The translations under genes and the position numbers were made by a program. The notes beneath the pieces are model-generated. The model saw nothing but the letters and a program-made list of their open reading frames with translations, was not told the DNA's origin and ran no database searches. DNA of 63,934 bases, counting the filler, from Octopus bimaculoides (Eukaryota), in assembly GCF_001194135.2 (NCBI RefSeq). It is 7 parts of 6 records of this genome, joined end to end, with 100 filler letters (N's around TTAATTAATTAA, not from the genome) between each part and the next. Parts side by side here need not be neighbours in the genome. Positions count along the whole stretch, not along the records: positions 1 to 22,544 come from NC_069009.1; 6 more parts are not named here. One strand, 5' to 3'. This document shows, piece by piece, positions 1 to 11,339 of the stretch; the first letter of the stretch is position 1, and every line of letters begins with the position of its first letter.

Positions 1-217
1 GTTGAATTCATTAATTTAATTCATAGCTAAAGTGTCAAAAAAAACCACAAAGTACAGGTGTTTATAACAAACCATGTTATTTTCCAACCGGGTTTACAGA
101 TAGAAGTACAAAGTACTGTAAACCCGGTTGGCAAAATAACATGGTTTGTCATAAACACCTGTACTTTGTGGGGGGGGTGTTGTCACTTTTGCTATGAATT
201 AAATTAATGAATTCAAC
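1..217. mobile_element. Foldback/MITE-like inverted repeat (left arm probably continues outside the window)
   Basis: 1-99 is a near-perfect reverse complement of 116-217 (gttgaattcattaatttaattcatagc… / …gctatgaattaaattaatgaattcaac), with a 16-nt loop. Confidence 0.8.
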
Positions 218-428
218 GGGATACACCGTCTGCAAGTAGTTGGGTTCAGCATATTATCCTGCATTTTCTAATTGATATACAAATTTTGGGTAACCCCCCA
301 CCCTTTTTTTTATCCGCTCCCATTTATTGGTATAACACTAGTGTAACAATAACTGGGTACCTCCCAGCAGTATACTGGATAGATACTATCCCTTAGTGGG
401 TTGAATCCTCAACCCCTAACTCTCTCGC

Positions 429-477
<49 letters not shown>

Positions 478-735
478 CCTCTCACCCATTTTCGTTTCTC
501 ATAACTTCCTATTGATATCTATGTTTTAATGAAGATTATTGATTTCGAAGAGAGTGGGTGATGATTATTTTGAGAAAATCAAAGCCTTTGATGAGTTTCA
601 GATTAATCCCAACCCCAGATATAAATGTTGACGAAAACATTGAAAAGGATATATTTCTGGAAAATTAATTAAATTAATTTCGTATGTGTATTTCGTGTGC
701 AAGATTCTTGATGTGGATACGTGTGTTGAAAGAAA

Positions 736-869
736 TATAATTAAACCTTGGAAGAGGCATTATGCCGGTAATAAACACACGCACTATATACTGTTTATAA
801 ATTAATAAATGACTGAACCAGTGCGTGTGTTTATTACCGGCATAATGCCTCTCCCAAGGTTTAATTGTA
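736..869. mobile_element. Small hairpin MITE with TA flanks (Tc1/mariner-type TSD)
   Basis: Arms of about 47 bp (aattaaaccttggaagaggcattatgccggtaataaacacacgcact and its complement at 820-866), one internal mismatch, 34-nt loop, TA on both sides. Confidence 0.75.
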
Positions 870-891
870 ATTAAATTAATGTTTATTTCAG

Positions 892-917
892 AAAGGACCA
901 TGAGGAAACAATATCGA
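892..917 (+). CDS. Possible 26-nt upstream exon of the ANK-RING-DD gene (…RTMRKQYR; ATG at 900 could be the start)
   Basis: Acceptor gtttatttcAG at 890-891 and donor CGA|GTGCGT at 918. Ends in phase 0 and joins exon 1148 in frame (MRKQYR-VNQRNN). No other AG between about 983 and 1145. The true 5' end may lie outside the window. Confidence 0.45.
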
Positions 918-1147
918 GTGCGTGTGTGTGTGTGTTTGTGCGTATGTATGAATACGCATATGTGTGTGGTGTATACACGCAAGTATAAATTCAATATAAA
1001 CCACATTTAATTACTCCCCACCCATTCATTCCACCTGTTTAATTAATCTGTTACCTTCTCTTCCCTTTTTCCAAATTATTGTCTTTTAATTCTTCTACCC
1101 CACTTTCTGGACTGATTTTCAACGCATCTATTCATTTCCTTTTTCAG

Positions 1148-1302
1148 GTGAATCAACGAAATAACTTTGGTAAAACACCTCTCCATTTGGCCTGTTCACA
1201 TGGATACGCAGACACAGTTTGCCTTTTAATTAATCACACTGGTATCGATGCCAATGCGGTGGACAATTATGGTGACACACCTCTACATCTGGTAGTTCAA
1301 CG
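1148..1302 (+). CDS. ANK-RING-death domain protein (MIB-like E3), exon: ankyrin repeats 1-2
   Basis: ttttcAG|GTG…CG|GTAAGT. Encodes VNQRNNFGKTPLHLACSHGYADTVCLLINHTGIDANAVDNYGDTPLHLVVQR, with two TPLH motifs. Phase 0 to 2. Confidence 0.93.
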
Positions 1303-1601
1303 GTAAGTCTCCATTGGATCTAGAATATCCAAATCTGTTTCTTTTATATATTCAATAATGTTTGTTATCTTTTATTGAGTCATTCATGTCATAATCCCAG
1401 CATGGTGCAATCATCCTTCCCTCTTTCACGCTATAATGACGCAATAATTTACTTCATTGATTAATCATTACCATAATTGTTGTTGTTGTTGCCTGACTAG
1501 ATTCTTTATTTCATCTCATCCTAAATTACCACAATGATACAGGTTCAAATCCTCCTTTGATCCCATATAAAACTACCTCCCATCTATCTCTCTTTCTTTC
1601 T

Positions 1602-1686
<85 letters not shown>

Positions 1687-2426
1687 AACTTCCGTCTTCC
1701 AGTATTCACATTTGTCTTGTTATGTTCCATGTTCAAGCTAGAGTATCTACTATCACTCTGGGGTCAGTATAATCTGTACCAGTAATACCCAGGAGTTCTT
1801 TGAATAAACTGTCCTCTCTCTTTTCTCCTCTTCTTGTGTCTAATTACTGTTGGAGAAAATAGCTTGTAGCATTTATTTACTACTCTTTATGTTCTGAGTT
1901 CAAATCCTGCCAAGGTCACCTTGTCCTTCCATCTTTACAAGGTTGATAAAATACAATACCAGTTATGTAATGGAGTCCATATAATTAACTGTAGCCCTTG
2001 TCTCCCTCCTAAATTTCATGTTTATATCACAGTTGTCCATTGTACCATATATGCATTTCTGTTTACTCAGGTAAGTATGAGTCATTGTTCTACTGTTTAA
2101 AGTGTATGTTGACAAACTATATGTGTGTGTGTGTGTAATAATTACTGTAATTAGGTTACGATCATCCAATTACTTTGGTAATTAATGATCAACTAATTAT
2201 TGATTATCTCTGTGATGTTTGTATTTTTCATGTTTTTCTTTCCACTTTCCGCAACTTCCAGACAACACATTGATGCGATGACTTTTCTGTTGTCCCNNNN
2301 NNNNNNNNNNNNNNNNNNNNNNNNNNNNNNNNNNNNNNNNNNNNNNNNNNNNNNNNACTAATTATTGATTATCTCTGTGATGTTTGTATTTTTCATGTTT
2401 TTCTTTCCACTTTCCGCAACTTCCAG

Positions 2427-2463
2427 ACAACACATTGATGCGATGACTTTTCTGTTGTCCCAG
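2427..2463 (+). CDS. ANK-RING-DD gene, 37-nt exon (R)QHIDAMTFLLSQ
   Basis: cttccAG|A…CAG|GTTAGT. Phase 2 to 0. Completes ankyrin helix 2 in frame. Confidence 0.88.
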
Positions 2464-2488
2464 GTTAGTTAACAAATACATATTATAT

Positions 2489-2694
2489 AAACAATTACAG
2501 CGTGGAAAGTGTTTATAAGCCATTTAAAAATACACAAAAACCGTTAGATTCACTCCAACATTTAAATCTAATGAATAGGTTGCGGTCTCAAAGAGACGAA
2601 AATATTTTAGCAAATTAAATTTAAATGAAGTGAATCTAACGGTTTTTGTGTGTTTTTAAATGGCTTATAAACACCTTCCACGCTGCAATTGTTT
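2489..2694. mobile_element. Foldback MITE-like element just downstream of the 37-nt exon
   Basis: aaacaattacagcgtggaaagtgtttataagccatttaaaaatacacaaaaaccgttagattcact versus agtgaatctaacggtttttgtgtgtttttaaatggcttataaacaccttccacgctgcaattgttt (imperfect IR of about 65 bp). Confidence 0.8.
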
Positions 2695-3077
2695 TTGCTT
2701 TAGCACATTATCTCAGATCAGGTCACTTACTATGCAAGTACATCTCCGTAACATATTACATACACTCTCTAGTATTTCATAGATCTGTTTAATAGGAATT
2801 TCATCAAGATGCCAGTGAATTAATGGGGTTGATTTAATCACCTGTACCCCCAAACCCTTTACATGGTAGATATTTAGTCTGTGGAAGAACTGTATATGAT
2901 CATGATGTAAATTGATCATCATCATGATGATGGTGTTGGTGGTGGTGACGACCCAACTGATGACCATCATTGGCAATAGTATCTTTAATGGGCAGATGAA
3001 ACACGGTCGTTATGAAATGAACACAAATATATCAGATTTAATGACTCTCTCTATATATATGCGTGTGTGTGTGTGTC

Positions 3078-3128
<51 letters not shown>

Positions 3129-4276
3129 NNNNNNNNNNNNNNNNNNNNNNNNNNNNNNNNNNNNNNNNNNNNNNNNNNNNNNNNNNNNNNNNNNNNNNNN
3201 NNNNNNNNNNNNNNNNNNNNNNNNNNNNNNNNNNNNNNNNNNNNNNNNNNNNNNNNNNNNNNNNNNNNNNNNNNNNNNNNNNNNNNNNNNNNNNNNNNNN
3301 NNNNNNNNNNNNNNNNNNNNNNNNNNNNNNNNNNNNNNNNNNNNNNNNNNNNNNNNNNNNNNNNNNNNNNNNNNNNNNNNNNNNNNNNNNNNNNNNNNNN
3401 NNNNNNNNNNNNNNNNNNNNNNNNNNNNNNNNNNNNNNNNNNNNNNNNNNNNNNNNNNNNNNNNNNNNNNNNNNNNNNNNNNNNNNNNNNNNNNNNNNNN
3501 NNNNNNNNNNNNNNNNNNNNNNNNNNNNNNNNNNNNNNNNNNNNNNNNNNNNNNNNNNNNNNNNNNNNNNNNNNNNNNNNNNNNNNNNNNNNNNNNNNNN
3601 NNNNNNNNNNNNNNNNNNNNNNNNNNNNNNNNNNNNNNNNNNNNNNNNNNNNNNNNNNNNNNNNNNNNNNNNNNNNNNNNNNNNNNNNNNNNNNNNNNNN
3701 NNNNNNNNNNNNNNNNNNNNNNNNNNNNNNNNNNNNNNNNNNNNNNNNNNNNNNNNNNNNNNNNNNNNNNNNNNNNNNNNNNNNNNNNNNNNNNNNNNNN
3801 NNNNNNNNNNNNNNNNNNNNNNNNNNNNNNNNNNNNNNNNNNTATATATATATATATATATATGCGAGTGTGTGTGCGTGTGTTTATGTTTCTTCGCGCC
3901 CCTGTGCGTGTACAGTTTTATGGATGTGTACACTAATCCCCCTTTATTAGTATGTGGCTATTAATATGAACCCCTTATTAATATAGCAGCATTATAAGTA
4001 CACATTAGAAATTATAATTCTTCTTTACAAGACTTGATCTGCTAACCATGTGTTCAGTTTAGTTCAACTCCCCAAAGACATCTTAATAAAATTATCACGT
4101 CTCTAATACATACTCATAGAAAGTTATAGAGAACCTTATCAAGATTAACTTCACTAACAAGCAACAAACATACATGATTGGCTTGATCAAGTACCCAGCT
4201 GAAGACAGTAATAAAACATTAATATTCACCCTAATTTTCAAGTAAAGTTTCATTTCCTATTTTTATCTCCACAAAG

Positions 4277-4486
4277 TTTTCAGTGAAAGTGGATATCAGG
4301 AACTGTGATAATATGACACCATTGCTTGAAGCCGTCTCCCGGGGTCACCTTGGAATGATACGGAAGCTGATAGCAAGGGGGGCAGACGTTAATGCTGTCA
4401 ACAATGAAGGGAGCAATTGTCTGCACCTTGCAGTGAAGAGGACGGTGTTTCATTCTGAGTACCGACCCTTGTGTCTTTTAGACAAG
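4277..4486 (+). CDS. ANK-RING-DD gene, exon: ankyrin repeats 3-4
   Basis: Acceptor aaAG at 4275-4276 is the first AG after the pyrimidine tract and keeps the frame. Encodes FSVKVDIRNCDNMTPLLEAVSRGHLGMIRKLIARGADVNAVNNEGSNCLHLAVKRTVFHSEYRPLCLLDK. Donor AAG|GTAACT. Phase 0 to 0. Confidence 0.9.
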
Positions 4487-4599
4487 GTAACTTTTAAAAC
4501 TGTACGTGAATATATATGTGTGTATTTGTGTGTGTGTGTGTTCTTTCTTTACTATTAAGTAATCAAGTCTCCCCTAATAACCCTAGTTTTGTAACTAAC

Positions 4600-4900
4600 A
4601 ACATTCCCTCTCCTTCCACCCTCAAAGACATAGCTAACTGAAGCTCCTTTTTCACCACTTTATTGCACACCTTCCTTCGTCGACCCCTTCCACACGTTTC
4701 TGCCAAATTAGAGATCAGCACATCTTGATGCAGTTATCTTCATCCATATGAATTACATAACCATACCAGTGCAGTCTTCTCTCTTGCGCACAACATCCGA
4801 TGCCTCATAAACCCAGTTTTTTTCTCAAATCCACTTAATTATGGAAACCTTATTGATCTGTTTGGATATGTCTGTGTGGCGTTGATTTAGTTGTTATGTC
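4600..4900 (-). mobile_element. Decayed RTE-like LINE 3' fragment
   Basis: Minus-strand translation QERRLHWYGYVIHMDEDNCIK resembles the RTE C-terminal RLRWYGHVxRM motif. Stops and frameshifts present. Confidence 0.6.
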
Positions 4901-5401
4901 TGAAGACATTACTATGTTGTTGGTGTCTTCCTTCCTGGTATAACATACATTATTTGTGGTGTCCTATTTATATATACAATACTTTCCCATAAGTATTTCT
5001 CCTGCTATGGCCTGTTGGCTTTTTCAAGCCAGTTGTGTAGATAGGTTCTTGTTCGTTTGTTGTGTTTTATTATTGTGACATTTGTTCCCTTATATTTTGC
5101 ATATTTGACTTGATGCTATGATGTTTTTATATTGTTTTTTTTTTTTATTAAATATTTTTTGTTATTTGTGATTGACAAGTAAATATTTACTCATTAAGTA
5201 TCATCAATCTTGATGTTAACCAATAATGTGTGTTTTGCTCAATATAATGATCATAAATATTGTCTTAATGGAGAAAGTAAAGTTAAAAACAAATGGAAAT
5301 GGAAAATGGATTCGACTAGAAATGATGCAAGAACTCAACAATGTGTAATCAGTTTATCATTGGATAAACAAACTATGTGTAAATGTATATTTGTGTAATC
5401 A

Positions 5402-5619
5402 TGTTGTGTGGACGCCCCCAGACAATAAGTAGGCTAGTCCAATACGTATAAATAGTGGACGTGATAGCTAGTCGTAGAAGTGTCGCGTAGAGCGAGCTGG
5501 AGCCATCGGTAGACTTGACGTCGAGTTCTTTTAAGTTGAGTCGTTGGAAGGGAGAGTTCGGTAGTTGAATAGAGGTATGTTATTGGCGAAGGCACGCCAT
5601 CCGAACGTGCGATATAACA
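5402..5619 (+). mobile_element. Solo LTR (218 bp) in an intron
   Basis: TGTTG…TAACA termini. Flanks aatca/aatcc (5-bp TSD, 1 mismatch). GC-richer than the flanks, with a TATAAATA box. Orientation is tentative. Confidence 0.65.
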
Positions 5620-5632
5620 AATCCTTTACTCG

Positions 5633-5667
<35 letters not shown>

Positions 5668-5679
5668 CATCATTTGTAG

Positions 5680-5855
5680 TTCTGCACTGAGCTCAAACTA
5701 AGCAAGGAAAAGAGGCTCTCTGGTGTGGTGGCTGCTTGTTATCTAGCCAGCAAGGGTGCCGACTTTTACCATAAAAATTACAAGAGTAACGCACCGCTGG
5801 ACCTCATTGAAAATGGAAATTTGAAAGAAAAATTACGAACATTTTTACTATCACG
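5680..5855 (+). CDS. ANK-RING-DD gene, exon: MIB-type last ankyrin segment
   Basis: tttgtAG|TTC…CG|GTAAGT. Encodes FCTELKLSKEKRLSGVVAACYLASKGADFYHKNYKSNAPLDLIENGNLKEKLRTFLLSR, resembling the Mind bomb ACFLAxxGADxxxxNxKGxSPLDL segment (recalled consensus). Phase 0 to 2. Confidence 0.9.
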
Positions 5856-7530
5856 GTAAGTATACAGTAACAATAACAAAATTCTTTGTGTGTGATCATA
5901 TTTATATGTTTATCTAGCTTAAATTCTAACAATGCATTATACAATCACTAGTTTCTTGATGAAAGACTATACAATTTCCAGAACATTTTACTATCCAGTT
6001 TGCTATACATAGTTCAAGTTGTTATACACCCACTTGATATGGTTGGATGATCTGTTGCACCTTCTTTTATCCTCAGTTCTTTCATCGATATTTCTTGTCA
6101 GTCTCAAATAATGAGGCTTCTAACACGTTTATATGGTACTAATACTTCACATGCAGCCCACATGGAATTTAAGATGTGCTGAATGTTAGTGTTGATATCT
6201 CAGGGATTGTAAACTTGAGGCCAGTCAGAGCCTTATTCCTGAGCCTGGTATCAGTAAAAGCAAGCAGTTTTGGAGGTTTTTCTTCCTATCCATTAGTGAT
6301 ATGTTGGGAAGATTAGAGTATGATTAGAATCCGACAATTGTAACATGGTAGTGAGACTGATAAATATTTCAGGAGCAGTGGTAAACAGCAGATCAAAAGT
6401 GTTGTTACCTCTTGTGGATGAGATGATGATCTAAGACCAGTTTGAAGCTAACGCAAAATCAAGATCATTTGCATTTTGTGACCAGTGAATGGTTTTCCAA
6501 TCATTATTTGGGGAACTGAAATCACCTGTATGACATTATGTGCATCCATAGACGCAACTCTAAAGATGTCAAAAAGCTGTATACTATGATGGTATTTTGG
6601 AGGATTGTAAATGTTATATGTTGCAGAGAAATACCTTTTGCTGTGACTGGTTCAAATCCTCACAGGCAACTACTGAAACGCTCAAGCAAACATAGACCGC
6701 CACACCACCTCCATGGTAATTAGAGAGGTCTTTGTGAAACAAAATGTAGCCAGCCATGCTAAAAATACCGTTAAACAGTGAAGAATGTGTCCAATTTTGA
6801 CAAATGGGATTGGAATCATTATTTTTAATGTAAGATTCAAAATAATGGATTTTGTTGTATAATCTGCGGATATTTTAAAAACAATGATTTGTATTTGGAT
6901 TTAAATGTGTCATGATTCATAGAAGAGGATTATTGTTCTTGTTTAGTTTTCTGTGGCCTTTCCAGTTTTGCCCAATTTTGGTTCTATATCCTCAGACAAA
7001 CTTGCATCTCTTTTCCAACTTGTATAAGTCATGCTTCAAGGGAGCTGCAATACGTAATTTCAGGTGTACGTCAGGCGATATGCTAGAACGAATTCAATGA
7101 GCAATTTGATTTTCACGTTTGGCCTTATTAGAGTCTTAACAGTATGAAAGTGCTAGAGAAGAAGTTTAATCTAACGAGTCTGGATCCAGGTTGAGAACAT
7201 GTTTTGGAGGCACACATTTGAAGTGGACAAGTTGTCAAAAAATGTTTGTGGATCAATGAACATGGACTCAGCTATAACTAGGGACAGTTGTGTACACAAG
7301 GCAAACCTGAAATGAAATGTTTTGCTAAAACAAACGTCACACATCGACTGGTTAAGGAATTGAAACCACAATGTTACGATCATGAGTTCAACACCTTAGC
7401 GACTAGGCCATGTGCCTCACTCTTGTCAGTGTAGTTCCTCATAATATTTTGTACTGTAAACATGGACACAATGTAATATTTGTTACAAATGAATGTTATA
7501 AGTGGAATGTGTTTTTATTTTCTTCTGCAG

Positions 7531-7670
7531 GTGTATGCTTTGTGAAGTAAATGAGGCCACTGTGGAGTTACAACCCTGTGCACATAATGCGGTATGTGGA
7601 GAGTGCTACACAATTAAACTTAAAAGATGCCCCAAGTGCAGAACATGTATCAAGAGCAAAAGTAAATTTG
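7531..7670 (+). CDS. ANK-RING-DD gene, RING finger exon (C3HC4, IAP/MIB type)
   Basis: tctgcAG|G…G|GTAAGA. Encodes CMLCEVNEATVELQPCAHNAVCGECYTIKLKRCPKCRTCIKSKSKF, spacing C-x2-C-x11-C-x-H-x3-C-x2-C-x7-C-x2-C. Phase 2 to 1. Confidence 0.93.
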
Positions 7671-8841
7671 GTAAGAATATTAATTGATGATCTGTCTGTG
7701 CGTCACATGGAGTTTATGATGTGGAGTCTACTTCATGTTGCTGTGTAGATCCAGGTCTTTCACAATGTGGTAGAGTTACGATAAAGGATCTCCCAGGTGT
7801 CTTTTCTCTTTGATAGTATATCCATGAATGCATCCATTAAATATTGTATTTATCCAAGTAGGAAACTTGTCACACATCAAACGAGTACTGTCTGCAACAG
7901 ATGACTAATACATTTCACTGAAACATAAATGGCGACTACCTGAAATATCAATAAATCTCCAAGGTCTCCTCAGTAAATATCAACGTTTTACATTCAATTG
8001 TCCGTCAGCTGCTATAAGTGATTAATGATTTATCGGTATCTTTGAAAACTGATAATTAAGGACAATAATACTTACTATAACATCAGGGCTAACTTTGTAA
8101 TGTAGGAATTTGAATGATAAAATCTCAATTGAGAGAGTTTACGGGCCAACATTAATAAGTGAGTCTGACTGTTAAATCAGTTGTGTTTGCATGTTGGTAA
8201 TCGGTAAAATGGAAAAGTTACAACATATTTTACGAAGTTGTCCTACAGAATTTCTTCATGATTTTATCATCTTAAAGACCTCAGATACAGTAGTTTGATT
8301 AAATATCAACTCTGTATAAGAATTTTGATCATTAGATTATTTTCATCGCATATTGAAGTAGTATAGAACTGTGAACATAAGTTTATGTTTATACAAAGCA
8401 TATTTGTTAACATAAAAATACAGATAGAAATAAAATATGAGTTCCCAATGTGACTTGGACACAACTCTGTAACTATATATAATATACATTTGTAACAATG
8501 TTTGAATAACATTTACCACCCATATAGAAATTCTTATACTCACACTTGTTGGTTTTTAAATTATATTAATGCTAATAGAGGGAAGCTTTTCAGAGTCTTT
8601 TACCTTTTGGTTTTAATTATGACTTGATTATTTAGGTTCAAATCACTTCCTGACGACTGGTCATTGTTAGATGACCAGAAATAGAATTTATTAGTCATTG
8701 GCACTGGACCTCGTAATATTTTTGTTTGATTGTTCATGGAGCTACCAACTGTGTTGAGACGCAATCGTATTCATTATAAGGAAGGTCACACACGCTCCTT
8801 AGTCAGGTTATATACATTCTATATCGATATCTAGTACCACG

Positions 8842-9143
8842 GTGGAGGCGCAATGGACCAGTGGTTAGGGAAGCGGACTCGCGGTCGTAGGATCGCAGTT
8901 TCGATTCCCAGACCGGGCATTGTGAGTGTATATTGAACAAAAAAGAGCTCCACGTGGCTCCGGCAGGGGGTGGTGACGAACCCTGCTGTACTCTTTCACC
9001 ACAACTTTCTCTCACTCTTTCTTCCTGTTTCTGTTGTGCCTGTATTTCAAAGGGTCAGCCTTGTCACACTCTGCGTCACGCTGAATCTCCCCGAGAACTA
9101 CGTTAAGGGTACACGTGTCTGTGGAGTGCTCAGCCACTTGCAC
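8842..9143 (+). mobile_element. tRNA-derived SINE family B (tRNA-Arg-like head)
   Basis: GGAGGCGCAATGG…GTGGTTAGGG (A box) and GTTTCGATTCCC (B box). The body is nearly identical to the copies at 17744 and 45192. Confidence 0.85.
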
Positions 9144-9920
9144 CTTGATAAATGAGCTGCGACGTCACTGGTGCCAAGCTGAGTCAGCCTTTGCCTTTCC
9201 CTTAGATGACATCGGTGGCATGGAGAGGGGAGGCTAGTATGCATGAGCGACTGCTGGTCTTCCATAAACAACCTTGCCCGGACTTGTGCCTCAGAGGGTA
9301 ACTTTCTAGGTGCAATCCCATGATCAGTCATGACCTAAGGTGGTCACAAAAACAATTTAGTACCACAATGCCAGGCAGCATGTTATCATATTATTTATGT
9401 ACCCCGTTAACGTGATAATTAATCAGTTAACATTCAAGATACATACTTCTATGTTGAACTGTAAACTTATTTTGTCAAAGAATTATCTTCCCTCACCTAA
9501 CATTTTACACCTTGTTACCCTTTATATAATTCTATTGCTTTACTATGTAGAGAACCACATGCCTACAAATGGTATTCTGGACTTCCACAGCTCAGTCAGG
9601 GCCAGGTGTAATTTCGTCTTGGCAGACTTACTATCAGTGTGAACACCCTGTCTTTTTTCACTGATTGTAAATCTATCATGACATCCATTAAATATTATCT
9701 TTATCAAAATAGAAAATTTTTGTTTGCCGCTGAGAAATTTCATAGATGTGGCATAGATTTAAGAAAGCAAAGAGGAAACTAAGAGAAAACCAGCTTTATC
9801 AAGTAAGGATTAAAGGGGTAATTGCAGAATCGTTGGATTATGTACGATGTCTTAATAGACTGAGAGAGGTGGAGGTGGATTTCGGAAGGTTAATCTATTT
9901 TTGTAGAAAGTATAAACATA

Positions 9921-10324
9921 GGCGTAGGAGTGGCTGTGTGGTAAGTAGCTTGTTTACCAGCCACATGGTTCCGGGTTCAGTCCCACTGCGTGGCACCTTG
10001 GACAAGTGTCTTCTACTATAGCCTCGGGCCAACCAAAGCCTTATGAGTGGATTTGGTAGACGGAAACTGAAAGAAGCCCGTCGTATATATGTGTTTATAT
10101 ATGTGTGTGTGTGTATGTTTGTGTGTCTGTGTTTGTCCCCCAACATCGCTTGACAACCGGTGCTGGTGTGTTTACGTCCCCATAACTTAGCGGTTCGGTA
10201 AAAGAGACCGATAGAATAAGTATTAGGCTTACAAAGAATAAGTCCTGGGGTTGATTTGCTCGACTAAAGGCGGTGCTCCAGTATGGCCGCAGTCAAATGA
10301 CTGAAACAAGTAAAAGAGTAAAAA
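9921..10324 (+). mobile_element. tRNA-derived SINE family A (CORE-like central segment, internal (TG)n, conserved tail)
   Basis: GGAGTGGCTGTGTGGTAAG…GGTTCAGTCCC head, GCACCTTGGACAAGTGTC segment, tail …GGCCGCAGTCAAATGACTGAAACAAGTAAAAG. At least 10 related copies in the window. Confidence 0.85.
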
Positions 10325-10468
10325 CAGTATATTTAACAAAACCTTAGTGGTCACCAGTGGAGTATTTATGATAGAAATGTCTGACAGCAACACAATTTAC
10401 GCTTTAAGAAAGATTAAAACAAAAACACTTTTACTCCATATTGTAAAACTTATAAATATTTATTTCAG

Positions 10469-10540
10469 ATAGTTTAAAGATGGAGGAAAATCACTTCCAT
10501 AGCACGGCAAAGATATTGTCTGTTAAACAGCAACAAGTTG
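10469..10540 (+). CDS. ANK-RING-DD gene, 72-nt linker exon
   Basis: tatttcAG|AT…G|GTAAGT. Encodes DSLKMEENHFHSTAKILSVKQQQV. Open frame, phase 1 to 1, fits both neighbours. No domain homology, so less certain. Confidence 0.72.
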
Positions 10541-11339
10541 GTAAGTATAAAATAACTGTACTTAATTAATCTCAGCAAAATTTACTTCACCTAAGCATAT
10601 TTTATATGTCGGAATGGCTGCAAATAGGTTCCATTCCTAATTGCCAACAGAAAAGTTGGCTGTATTATAATTCTAATTAAAGATATTACTGATTTTTAAT
10701 AAAATTTCCAGCAAGGTAAAATTGATAAATTAGAAAATATAATAGAGTTAATGTTGTCATTTGGAACACAAAACTAATAATTGTTGTTGTTTAAGGGTAA
10801 ACGTGTGCCTTAATGACAACGTTTTTGTTTTACATTTTCACTAATTTCACTAACGTTGTTGTTGCCTCGGTGGATGTCTCTCAAAATCTGACAGACTTAC
10901 AATGATATGTGTTTCAAGTGTGAACACCCAATACTTTTTCACTGACAGTAAATCTATCGTTACATCCACTAAACATCGTCTTTATCCGAGTTAAAGACAA
11001 TATTTTGTTGTTGAGACAAGCATTGTTTGTCTCTCTCTTTATGATAGATACTGGCTGCAAGATACAATAAATTATATCGTCCTCATTGAATAGGTGGTCA
11101 CTGTCCATGTCAGTTCTTATTAACAGTTACTGCCCACCTTCATTGGCTGAGGAACATATTTCATTAAAACATTTCAGCTTTTCTCTTGTATTATGCCCTT
11201 CCTAACATCAACCACTTTATAAAGGGTCCTTGGAACATTTTATTCTGCTCAACAAAATTAAACGTTGAGCATCTTATGCAATGAGATATCAAATTCGTTG
11301 ATAGAAGGGAAGTAAACAGATTAGAGAGAAGGTACATAA

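Noticed and set aside
893-988. Alternative frame KDHEETIS… for the upstream exon
   Set aside because: It looks ankyrin-like, but the good donor at 918 would leave it out of frame with exon 1148, and no AG for an intervening micro-exon exists between about 983 and 1145.
2192-2461. Apparent tandem duplication of the QHIDAMTFLLSQ exon (2262 and 2427)
   Set aside because: The 105 bp on each side of the 60-N gap are identical and the first copy stops at the gap. This is an unmerged contig overlap, not a real exon duplication.
2912-3964. Long ORFs of 250-390 aa in the track (also at about 41.5-43.9 kb, 49.1-50.2 kb and 57.3-58.5 kb)
   Set aside because: They consist of N-derived X runs and dinucleotide microsatellite translations.
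8842-8920. tRNA-like sequences at SINE heads (8842, 9921, 17744, 23035, 26604, 45192)
   Set aside because: They have A/B boxes but no intact cloverleaf, and each continues into a shared SINE body, so they are not tRNA genes.
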